Assembly: GCF_006345805.1 (NCBI RefSeq)
Contig: NC_043003.1
Location: 43,400,001-43,464,000 of the forward strand
Reading direction: 5' to 3'
From: Octopus sinensis
Taxonomy: Eukaryota
DNA length: 64,000 bases
Position numbers and translations under genes: made by a program
Shown: positions 52,330-64,000 of the stretch, one piece after another
Numbering within the stretch: position 1 is the stretch's first letter
How the letters are laid out: each line of letters begins with the position of its first letter
Notes under the pieces: generated by a model
The model's database searches: none
The model's input: the letters and a program-made list of their open reading frames with translations, nothing else
Told to the model about the DNA's origin: nothing

Positions 52330-54830
52330 CGTAATGAGAGCATCTAGGGGGAGAGACGTTCCTTCCATCAGCCCCACCCCCTAAAGTTTTCTGTATATAA
52401 CTCTGAGAAGACCGACGAGAGCAGTGGCCACGGCCTCAACAGGCTCAATAAATACAACAGAAGAAACCACAATAACCTAAATCTCGTCAGAGTAGTACAA
52501 GCTTGCAGTATCGCAGGAAAAATCAGCGGCAGCCATATGAACCTCCCCGCCACCTCCATCACCAGTAGAAGCGCGACCTTAAGTATGCGGAGAAATAACG
52601 GTGAGGTACAAACAGCATCAATAAGGGCAACACTACCACCACAAGCGGAAACAGCAAATCTATCACAACCACCACCCCTGCCACAACAAAACGCATTGAC
52701 GAGAAAAGAAGTTACACACTGAGCAACATAAACAACGCAGAAGAAAACATGAAGAGAGAAAACAACGACAACTCAAAAATGGTTATCGTACGGGGCTAGC
52801 ACAAAGAAAAAATAACACGTCTGTTTGCCCCGGAGAACAAAAGTAGTGAATCGACTGAAGGCGAAATAATTATGAAATTTGAGTTGGAGAAGCCATCAGA
52901 AATGGTGCCTCCTGAAATCATGGCAGAACGAGCAAAAAGAACAGTCCATTACAGTTGTGTTTCACGAAAGAAAAAGCGAGACGAAGCCACCACAATCATT
53001 CAATTGAAGAAGGCTCTAAATAGCACTATGGAAGATATGGCCGGCACGCAAAGAGCAAGACAGTTTGCCAGTATCGAGATCCTCATCAAAAGACCTTGCA
53101 CGAAAACATTCTATGATACCCTGTTTGACTGAGGAGTGTATCCTGTAGCCGATGACCTCTCAAGCAGATATTTCAGGCTGAGGATATCAGGTGTTCTGCC
53201 TGGCGTGAAATCTTGTAGATTGTAATCTGCATTGTGTTAGGCACCAAAGACACTCCTTGTGAACAAAGAAAACAGCAAAGAGAACCGGTCCGGGATAAAT
53301 CTAGAAATACTGCTCCAGGGGAATGCTGAGAATATAGAATAATCCTGGACCTTAAACTGCTACTAAGTGGGGTCGAACTAAGTGTTGTCCTAGAAAGTAA
53401 AGGACCTAAATGCGATTTTTGTGGAGCTATATGGCACCTTAGAGACTTCTAATCAAAGAAAACAGGAGGCACGAGGCCAGCGCTACTACCTCGTTGTCGT
53501 CAGCATTAATAACAGAGACAGCAGGAAAAGCAAAATTACCACCAGTTGAAACCAGAACAGCAACGCCATGAACTATAACATCAGTTGCAAATGAAATAAT
53601 CCTCCAGATTCCACTACTATAAACCAGCTTTGAGAACAACAACCTTAATAACTACATCATCGCAACCACGCCCAAGAGAAACAACGATGACTCTCAACCC
53701 AGCTCTCTTTCTCACCCGCTCTCAAACACACTCAGAGACATTAAACAGGCACAAACACACTCCCACACTCTCCGACTCAGTTTGGACTGGCACTCGTTCC
53801 TCTACATCTCGAAGAATTGGACAAGAATTGGAAACTCAAAACAACCGAACAACAAAAGAAGACAAGTAAAATACACTAGCCGCACATCACAACGCGCACG
53901 CCAGAAAGCACAGTAAAAGCACTCGCAACAAATTCAGATAAATCTAAAGCAATACCAACCCCACCAGCGTCACTACCAGCACCACCGGTCTTACACTATC
54001 ACAAGTCCACCTCACACCAAAAGAAAGCTCAGCAAATGTCGAGCTAGTGACGAGAACCATCGAATAACTGACGGCCCACATTGTACGAAATAATGAAATT
54101 GCGGAGCGGGTGTTATTTACAAGACAAATGCTTTTGAAGTGCCAGAAATTTTAATGTTAGTGCGTGTGGTGGTGCTGTTGAGAGATTACACGATCTAGAG
54201 GGATAAAATAAATTATTGTAGCTCAGTAACTCTGCCGAACGCAGATTAGGACATTTTGTCCAAAGTGTTAATCAAGAGTTTGGTGCTTGCCGATATGATT
54301 GGTTGTGTGCAGACATACGCTATCGAAACGAATATGTCCACGAGAACCACAACCTCATGCGTAACCCAAAATAGACGGTAGGTAGGGAATCTGATATGGG
54401 TAGCGCCCAGATCTTTTTTCATCAATCAAGCCTTTTGATAGAGTTGACCACTAACATTAGCGGCTTTCTTCGGAGCGGCGGGTTTTCGATCCCGTCTTCA
54501 GAGGCTTGATCGCTTCTATGTAGAGGGACATCTGTTTGACAGGCAAAGTAAATGGACACCTATCATAATCATTTAGTATCGCACGTTCTGGTCGTCAAGG
54601 AAGTCTACTCTTGTGCTTTCTGCACGTCCTGGTTGGCGGAATATTGATACGGGAGTTGGATATTTCGAGGTGCATTCCAACGTGAACTAGGATGCGGAAA
54701 GCTCGTACCGGCTTATGGCAAAGACGTCACCGTAATAGTGTCGGAAATCTTGGATATCGGGTTCATTGGGACTACGTTATGGGAGTACGAAGCGGTGATG
54801 GAAGCAATAATAATCAGAAGTCAATTGCCA
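52330..54830 (+). mobile_element. Decayed L1/Tx1-clade LINE: ORF1 remnant joined directly to the RT domain
   Basis: ORF1-like MAERAKRTVHY... and zinc-knuckle-like PKCDFCGAIWHL. RT peptides: VVVLLR, TLPNAD*DILSKVL, KPFDRVDH, VNGHLS.SF.I.RS.RQG, AYGKDVTVIVS (YADD position), YEAV. Confidence 0.8.
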
Positions 54831-55089
54831 ATACAAATCCATCCGTGACAAATTTGTCGTTCAGTCATTCAAATTCGACATAGTAAAGTACCTGTAAATT
54901 AACAGTGTTGATGATATCGACTAAACAACGTCCCTTAATATTTCTGAACTTGTGCCTTGAAGAAGTACAATTAATAAAAATCGAGGAGCCAGCGAACTAA
55001 TTTGAGGTTCAGAAAAAATTGCTACGCGTAATTTGTACCGTTAATTATCATTTGTGTTCCATACACACCGAATTATTTAGTCTAAAACA

Positions 55090-55560
55090 CGACGTGTGCG
55101 CTTCTCAATTATGTTTTCACGTATTGCTTCACAATATCCTCCGTGTTCAGTTCTGTAGGCTTTGATCCATCAGAATAGTTTTCTCGCTCCTTATTTAACA
55201 TGATATTCTGTAGTCACATATTTTCTTTGCTTTTGGCTTCTTCGCGATGTCCACTGACATTTCTCGCTTCCCCTTATAACTTTCTGTAATACAGCTATTG
55301 TTTTATATTCGTAAGCTTCCTCCAAGAGAAGAAACAGTATTGCTTAGTTCGCAGTTGTTATTCTGTAGACAATTTCTTACTTCTTCACTAGATACTTTAT
55401 ATATTTTTCTAGTTAAACAAGCTCGGGACATCTCTCTAATTTCTATGACACATTTTGCATGATGTTTTATACATACAATCATTTCTTTATTTTCATTTCT
55501 GAATCTAATCTTACCACATCATTTAGCATCCTGTTGAGAACATTATATCAGTAAATTATA
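55090..55560 (-). mobile_element. Possible decayed RTE ORF2 linker fragment
   Basis: Weak minus-strand peptides KKPKAKK and ELNTEDI..Q resemble the RTE APE-RT linker. Confidence 0.3.
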
Positions 55561-56243
55561 TCTGGGACAGTCACACTATTGATACTTATTTCTCCATTTT
55601 TAGAAGTTAGTTCTATTTATCTTAATCTACTGCGTTTGTAATATCCTTTCTCAACACTTTTCTTTATTTGTGACTGATGTGTACAGTCTAGTTCATTGAT
55701 TCGCAAGTATCTGTACATCTGTGCGTGATCTGATACGCATATATCCTTATCTAGTGTGAACGATTCTAAACACAGACGAATTTTTCTAACAAAGCTTAGT
55801 CATTTTTGTGTTTCTACTTGCTTGTCATCTGTACCATAAGAGCATCAATATACAAATAAATGCTGGTTGTCTGCCTGTCGAATTTGCAGGAAGTACCATT
55901 TACTTTAACCTCTACGTTAAATATTTTATGAGATGAGAGGAAGAAGAGTAGTGACAAAATGCCACTGGCGTATTTGCCTGTCACTTTTTTTTTAAACGTC
56001 GTATTATTTTCTGCTGGCATCCTTTCTATCTAAACATGACGTACACTGATTCATTGTTTGATTCCAAAATCAGGTGAACAATGTCAAATTACATTCTGTA
56101 CTTAATCAAGACGACGTTAGGTACTTCCAAGCACTCATCGACTACATCATAATAAAACTGATGTTGATGTTAAGTATAGAGAAGGTTTTTTTTATCCTCC
56201 ATTACAATGAAACATAAATTATATTGACAAAATTATTGTGGAA

Positions 56244-56612
56244 CTTCTTCTTCTATCCGCTCAGTCGAAGTCGACTCTCGGTTACTCGTTGGATCAGTGT
56301 CCTCCAGTCAGTTCTATCCTGGGCTGCTTCTTTCAGATTGGCTATGTCCATTCCGGTATCACTCTTCAAGGTGTCAAGCCAGCGGGTACTTCGTCGGCCT
56401 CTTCCTCTCTTGCCACTGACTATTCCGAGCATGATGTCCTTCTCCAGGGATTTTCTCCGCATATGCCGATCTATGCTTGGTGATCCTAGTTTCTAGCGAC
56501 ATTTTCGGCCTGATCTGCTTAAGAACCTTTCCATTGGTGAGCCTCGCTGTCCATGGAATCTGTAGAAGTCTTCTCCAACACCAAAGCTCGAATGCATTAA
56601 TTCTCTTCTGGA
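56244..56612 (-). mobile_element. RTE-BovB-like LINE 3' end (5'-truncated)
   Basis: KRINAFELWCWRRLLQIPWTAR.TN..VL, then SLEKDIMLGIVSGKRGRGRRSTRWLDTLK...AQDRTDWR....VTESRLRLSG*, followed by a short GAA tail. Confidence 0.92.
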
Positions 56613-56989
56613 ATCGTTTTGATTGGTACTCTGGGACAATTGTAGAACCATAAATATTTTATAAACTGATGAAAGGTGGTATCAAGAAAACGATGAAGGT
56701 ATTTGCCTAATGCGTGCTACAATAATCTGTTATTAAATATAGACACTCCCAAATATCTTATGTGACATCCGGCTCATTTAGGAATTATTTCTACATTCTA
56801 TTTTTCTGTAAAGTGAGTACTGTTTATTAGTGCATATTAATTACAGCAATTTACTGTTAATATGATTTCATTTATATGTTCCATGCAAAGCACCCACTTG
56901 TTTCTTGTATTCTAAAAAACTGTCCCCTATGTAATTTGAGTCTATACTATCTCCGACATATTGATTATAAATGACTGTGTTATTGTTTA

Positions 56990-57265
<276 letters not shown>

Positions 57266-57269
57266 TATC

Positions 57270-60200
57270 TTCTTTCAGTTCTGTTTCCATTTCTTGCCGA
57301 TTGTCCTCTTGACACCTAGGGAAGACACACGTACTGTATACATTAGTATGTCATTAAAATATACGCACCAAATTATTGAATTGCAAAGTCACGTGATAGA
57401 GAAAAGGGGGAAGAATCAGAGAGAATAAGGAAAATATTTAAACAATTAAAATAAAATAAAGGGGAAAAAAAGGAAGAAAATTCACAGCGACAATGCTCTT
57501 CTCAATACGTGTGACGTAACAGTTAAGATAATCTTTTGGACTTCTTACATGGAAGCCAAGGATCTTCCTACATGCGAAGCCAGGGATCTTTCTTAAATAA
57601 TTTACAGTCCACTTTTGTATGATTCCAAGTACTCCTACAATATTGTAATCGTATTGAGATGCCACATCTTTTCGATTTCGATTAGCAAATCTTTATGTTT
57701 ACTGAGCTTGTCAAATTCTTTTGCCGAGATGTTATGGTCACAGAGTATGCTCATGTCAATCAATAAACAGACTTTATTGTTTTGATCTTTTACAACAATA
57801 TCTGGCTTAATTACTTTGATGGTCCGCTCTGTACATACTGGGAAGTCCCAAAGTATAGTTACATTTTCTCCCTCAGTTATAATATCAGGGTGGTGCTTAT
57901 GCCGTTTTACAGCAGTTTTGACTTTATAATGCTTCACATTATGCAATGTAGATATTGGCGAACACTGTCATGACTGGATTTGTACTCTACAGGTGCTAAA
58001 GCCTTCCATCCAGAGATCAGGTGGTCGGCTGTTGCTATCTCATCGTTGCAGCATCCGCACCTCTGGTCTACACCATATTTCATCACATGGACTTGATAGT
58101 TCCGGGCCAATGATCTCTGATCTTGGGCATCCAAGATAAAGCCTCCACTTTCTGCTTTTATCCCTGAGTTCCGTAGCCACTGATGGGTGTCCTTCTGGTC
58201 TACATCATCGTGTTTGCTCCGGACCACATTTTTTTTGCCATGCAGAGGTGTTTATCCCCACCTATCAGCCAATTGTCTAAATGCATTTTTCTTTGCTATT
58301 GATTCCAAATACTTTGCAACAACAGTTGTTCCACATTCATCAAGCTGTTCAAGCTGGGTATTATGCATAAACTCATCTGAACATTTTTTGCTCTCCTTCA
58401 TAACAGCGGTTCAAACAACCTCGACCTCCTTGAGCTCTGGTTGGCTAAAGACGATCTGCATTTGCCTTTGCGTTGTGTGTCTTATTGCAAGTCTGCAGCT
58501 TACGGATTTTCCTGTCAATCTTCCTTATTTCGCTGATATTACAGTTCAACACATTGAAACTGTTAATTGCAACCGGAACTGTTAAGGAATTTATAGCTAA
58601 CACCATGTTACGTGCATTTAACTCGGATTGTAGGACTGCTCGAATACGCCTTCCAGATGTTCTCTTTCATGCTTGCATGCTAAATGCCAGAGCGCTCATT
58701 TATTCGAGGTATTTGTAAAATTTGTTCTTATTCGAGTTATTTTATGTCTGTGACAACATTGACCGCAACTAAATGCTTGGTTCTCAATTTCCTTTTCTGG
58801 AAATTTGCCTTGACACATTTATGTAGACCAAATTCCATCTCGTTGGATCACTGAACGCTTTCGCAGTACGTGGTAGTCCTTCAAGCTCATTATCGTCTTA
58901 GCAATAGTTTTAAGTCATCCATATAAAAGACATAATTTATTATCTTCTCGTCAATTTTATATCAATAATCTTTTTTCTGTTAAATTCACTTGTAAGGAGT
59001 ATTAGGGCTTTGCAGAAAACTTAAAGTGAAATTGAGTCACCTTGGAAAATGCATCAGTTAATATTAATATTGTTTGTGGTCAGTACTCCATTAGAGTGGT
59101 ATCATTTGAGATTCGTATTCCACATTGACATGTTGTGCTTCAGAGAGTTTGAAATCACAGAAGAAAGTTTGAAGGTATCCAGCGATTTCAAGTTCCATGA
59201 ATGCGGTATGCTGAACTGAGATTTCTGCGTTTGTCATGACAGTTTTCAAGGAACATGTTGCAGTGTTTCTTTTGCCGGCAGAAGTTCTTGTCATGGTCAG
59301 CATCTGTTTTCTCTTCATCTCTCTTCCTTTTTTAGTTTTTACGTCCTTTCTACATATTACTTCATTCAATATTGATATTTCACCTCCCTTTATTTCAATC
59401 CCTTTTCAATTTTACTTATTAAGTTTGAAAGTCTTCTCTGGTTTGTATTTCTTTATTTTTTCAGAGGCATACAACTGGTTTCAATTTCTTAGTAGCTGCG
59501 TAAATAATTTCAGTTAATTTAGTGAGATCTGGTTTTACTTCTTGTATAACTGCCTTTGTTACATAATTTCCAATTTTAATTTGTTTTCTATTTTGTATTG
59601 GATGTGAGAGCTTATGACGTGGATCTCTATGATGCATATTGGCGTGTCTTACAACTGCAAGCATTTTCAGGATTTTCTGCTTCAATTCTATCATAGATTC
59701 TCTATGTTCTTCAGTACATGTGTAGTCTTCAAATATTGTTTCTTTGCCACTTTCCTCATTATCTTTATCAGGTTCATTACAATTTATCTGCCAGACGAAC
59801 GAGTGTTCTGGTCAGATGGTAGTTTTCAAATGAGACTCGTGGAGAGTTGCTCTTTTTGTCTGGTTCTTCATTTTCTTTCTGTCATTTTCCGCTGCGTGGT
59901 CGATCGCAGTTATTTTACTATCTCTGAGTGTTTTATTTCTGAAGGTATCCCTCCTAATATTTACTTATTTTTACGTTCAAATATAGTCTGCTGTCTTGAT
60001 TTCGTGTTCTCCATATTTGTTAACAGTCTTCGGTGTGTTTCTCTGTAGATAGCCTGACGAATGCATATTAACAGGCGTATATTACTTTCGTATACTCTTC
60101 TAGGGTCCATTTGATCCTCTTATATTGTTCTTTCTGTATGGAGTTTGGTGGTGGACTTTGAGGGCTTGAGTTGGGGCAATTCTAGTTCAAGTAACCGTCC

Positions 60201-60345
60201 AGGTTCATATTCAGAGAAGAGATTGTGCCAGTGGATGACTTTTCAACGCCAGGACGGTTCTCTCCTGGGGGTCACAGCTGCAGTTTAACCATAGATCGAG
60301 CGATTTGGTGTACTGTTTTAGTTTTCCTATCTTTGTTTCGTTAAA
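57270..60345 (-). mobile_element. Long, internally deleted R4/Dong-like retrotransposon
   Basis: Order on minus: N-terminal region (RIKWTLEEY, KLTEIIYAA), then a jump to IFQGDS and FYMDDLK (58906-58929), WLRNSGIKAESGGFILDAQDQ, CCHC-type RCGCCNDEIATADHLISG, ILWDFPV...IKPDIVVKD...LIDMS (RLE). Its 3' UTR is shared with 18105-18260. Confidence 0.92.
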
Positions 60346-61904
60346 CATATTTGTACTACATTAAAATTATTGATATTGAGACCTGTATTGTGGAAGATGT
60401 AGAGATGGTTGTTGTCTCCACTCGTATTGACGACTCCGCCATTTATACCGTACCAGTTATTTTAACTTTGCTACAACAGCATTGCTCATCGTTAATTACC
60501 TCCTATAGTACCTTCATCGATCTGTATCGTTGTTGCTAACCTTTGTAGCCATGGTGACAGTATAACCGTTATTCATTTAAATCTGCTATTTTTGCTCCTA
60601 CTACTGTGTGGTATTAACAAATGATGTTTATTTTCTGGTTTTGTCTTGTGCTTCATATAATCTTAAATATGTGAGGGTTGAAGGGAATAGTAGGAGAAAG
60701 AGAGGCATTTTGGTGAATAGACCAAGTTCCACAAATATGTAAATCGTTTAGTCAGATGGTGAGAAGGAGATCAACAATGGGCATTCTCATTCCTGTGCAA
60801 TCAGGAGACAAAAAAAAGCCTCACACTTGCTGTCAGCAGCGATGAAATCTGTTTAATACTAGTAGCGATTAGAGAGCGCTGACCTTGGCCTTGGGAAGAA
60901 GCGACTCACCTCGTTCTGGTTTTAATTACTGATAGAAAAAAATATAATATATAAGATCGTTGAATTTTTGAATTTCTGAATTTTTAAAATTATTTTTTTG
61001 TCTTTTTCTTTTCATTTTATAGGTTCTTACCTATACAGTTTGTATATATTTGCAGGTGATATCCTCCTTAATTTTTATCCTGCATTTAATTATGTTGTTG
61101 CAATAAAATGCATGTTTACGTATTCGAGCAGTTAGGGAGAAAAGAAAAGGCATCTTTTCTGCTTGGCTGCCAGCGTCGTTTTTCTGTTCGAATTGATTTC
61201 ATATTCAGTGTAATCATACACTTTTATAGGCTAATTAATGACGTGGAAGTAATTTTCGCTATAAGTCAATAATTGAACTGTTATTAGTAATTAATATTTG
61301 AAAATTTTTGTAATTTTAGCCAATCGGAAGTGACAGAGACATACATGGTTGCTTCGATTGTAAGAAGCGGAATATAAGAACCATTTTGCCTTTTGCCATA
61401 GTAACAGTCTTTGAAAAGACTTTTATCTTCGAGGAAGTACTTGTTGACAGCATCTCTTTGAAAATACTTTTATTTGTGAGAAAGCTTGTGTTGACAAATT
61501 TAACGCTGTATTCTGTGTTCTTTGTGAATATGGCAGCAAGCTCCAGTAACATCGCTTCTATAATGGAAAAATTGAAAACAGAAAGAAATGGGTAGGATTC
61601 CCTTCACGAAAAGAGAGTCATACCCAACAGAAAATTATGTAAAAACGGGCATGCTATGTGTACGAAAAGACGTTGTGGGAACTGACGTGTTTATCGCATG
61701 TATTTGGGGGTAAATATAAAATACTCACAGGAAATTGTAGACATTCCAGGTTTTGAGAGTTATACTTCAGATATCCCCCTGGGTTGTATTATCGTTTCTT
61801 TGTCATCAGCTGCTGACTGGTCAGAGCAGCGAAGATTACGTCCATCTGCTGTCAAGGTTGGCGCGCTTTCTTATTCACCTGCTCCTCCCCTTTGTTGTTG
61901 TTGC

Positions 61905-62100
<196 letters not shown>

Positions 62101-62109
62101 CAGTAGTAT

Positions 62110-62905
62110 ATTTTCTATATCGTGCTTTCACTTCACTACCGAGCGCATCTCTGTGTGCCTTGGGTATGTGCTGTGATTTGTTGTGATGCTCTGATGGTTA
62201 TTGTATGGAAAGTGTTCTGCGTAGGATGTGTGCAGTGCCTAGTAGTGCAATTTTCTGTATGTTACATGTGTTTGTAAGTCCTGGTGTTTTTGTTATGTAT
62301 TTGTCTGAATATTTTTTTATCATGCTTAATGCACCTATTATGATAGGAATTGTTTCTGTTTTTAGATTCCGCATTCTGGTTTTTTGAAAGTTTCTCCATT
62401 TCTTTGAGAGACACGTTGTCATCTGCTGGTATTGATACATCAATTAGAAAACATTTTTTTCCTTCATGATCTCTGACAACGAAATCTGGTCTGTTGGCCT
62501 TAATTTCTCTATATGTGTGTATTGGCATATCCCAGAGTATGGTTGCTTTCTCGTTTTCTGTGACCTTTTCTGGTGTGTGCCTATACCATCCTTTTTTGTT
62601 GGTATTCCATAATGTTGGCATAGTTTCCAGTGTATATAGGTCCCAACTTTGTCGTGCTTGTGAATATATTCCTTCTTAGCCAGGACTGGGCAGCTAGAGA
62701 TAATATGATTTATTGTTTCTTGTCCATCTCCATATATTCTGCAGTTACATGTTATATTTCTTTTCATTACATGTTTTTGGTAATTTCTGGTGGGGAGGTT
62801 TTGATCTTGTGCTGCAATTAAAAATTCTTCTGTCTCTGCTTTGAGTCCTGAGCTTCTCAACCATTGCTGGGATTTTTCTTTGTCTATTTCTTTTGCATTT
62901 AGTTT
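62110..62905 (-). mobile_element. R4/Dong-like 5'-truncated copy (second subfamily) between (TAA)n tracts
   Basis: SSGLKAETEEFLIAAQDQNLPTRNYQ, CRI.GDGQETINHIISSCPVLAKKEY..KHDKV, ILWDMPIHT...NRPDFVV...LIDVSIP, GALSMIKK...GTAHILRRTLSI. The 3' UTR differs from that of the 18105 and 57270 copies. Confidence 0.93.
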
Positions 62906-62926
62906 AGTCCAGTATTATTATTATTA

Positions 62927-62989
<63 letters not shown>

Positions 62990-62995
62990 TTATTA

Positions 62996-63046
<51 letters not shown>

Positions 63047-63202
63047 TATCATTATCATCATCATCATCATCATTATTATTATTATTATATTATTATATTA
63101 TTATTATTATTATTATTATTATATTATTATATTATTATCATTATATTATTATTATTATTATATTATTATTATTATTATTATCATTATCATCATCATCATC
63201 AT

Positions 63203-63234
<32 letters not shown>

Positions 63235-63329
63235 TTATTATTATTATCATTATTATTATCATTATTATTATTATCATTATTATTATTATATATTATTATT
63301 ATTATTATCATTATCATCATCATCATCAT

Positions 63330-63407
<78 letters not shown>

Positions 63408-63434
63408 CATTATTATTATTATTATTATTATTAT
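62906..63434. repeat. ~530-bp (ATT)n/(CAT)n tract
   Basis: Direct reading. Confidence 0.97.
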
Positions 63435-63874
63435 GAAAGACACTCGAATAGTTAAGTACCGGTTGTTCTTTACTTGAAAGCAGCGAATAACAGTCTGCCA
63501 ACGATTTCGACTAGTCCCTTCTCCTGCGACTCAAAGTGACAATTACCCATCCTGCTGATAAGGTCCCTGAATAAGGGTTGTTTAAGGATGTTGAACGAAA
63601 CACCTATTTAAACCCCAAAGAATCCCTCTCAACACATGGCAATGATGCTCCCCCACTACTTCTGCTCGTGATCAGAGATTCACATATCGTCAGCCACTAA
63701 GTGACATGCTCAACTGGTTAAGGTCAAACAACTGACAAGCAAATCTGTGTTATTGGGCAGAATAGTTGCTGTAGCCCATCTTTTATGCCAAGACAAAACA
63801 ATGTACATGATAACACTTCCAATCAGTTACGATCACAAGCCACAAGAGCCACTACCTCTTATTGCATCAGGGCA
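63435..63874. mobile_element. Unclassified element, copy 3 (variant left ~110 bp; shared part 63545-63874)
   Basis: aaggtccctgaataagggttgtttaagg...ccactacctcttattgcatcagggcaatt aligns to 17720-18056; (ATT)n on both sides. Confidence 0.85.
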
Positions 63875-64000
63875 ATTATTGTTATTATTATTATTAATAT
63901 TATTTTTATTATTATTATTATTTTTATAATAATAATAATAATAATAATAATAATTATTATTATTATTATTATTATTATTAGTAGTAGTAGTAGTAGTATT

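Noticed and set aside
60910-60928. 19-nt minus-strand micro-exon-like signal (ttttttctatcag|...GAG|gtgagt)
   Set aside because: The splice signals are good, but it is frame-shifting and too short to evaluate; such matches are expected by chance in 64 kb of AT-rich DNA.

Overview
AT-rich (roughly two-thirds A+T by eye), microsatellite-saturated animal genomic DNA. I found no intact protein-coding gene, rRNA, true tRNA or CRISPR array. Almost all ORFs in the supplied track are translations of (TA)n, (CA)n, (GTAT)n, (ATT)n, (CAT)n, (GAT)n or (CTT)n tracts, or fragments of decayed transposons. The repeat landscape resembles what I recall for an octopus (coleoid cephalopod) intron or intergenic region; this is inference and was not checked by search. 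Contents: (1) five fragments of R4/Dong-type (RLE-class) non-LTR retrotransposons, all on the minus strand and mostly abutting (TAA)n microsatellites; (2) RTE-type, CR1/L2-type and L1/Tx1-type LINE remnants; (3) five mariner copies, one of them a full-length mariner inserted at a TA inside an older mariner; (4) two copies of a 390-bp non-autonomous Helitron; (5) about 20 tRNA-derived SINEs from several modular families, including a head-to-tail run of five; (6) three copies of an unclassified ~560-bp element that sits next to trinucleotide tracts, mostly (ATT)n; (7) a ~0.9-kb diverged fold-back inverted duplication and a second inverted-repeat pair next to it; (8) a heavily decayed, intronless multi-RRM (nucleolin-like) remnant. 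The most system-like signal is a (TAA)n-microsatellite niche shared by Dong LINEs and the ~560-bp element. Coordinates were read by eye and element boundaries are approximate unless a TSD or TIR is quoted.
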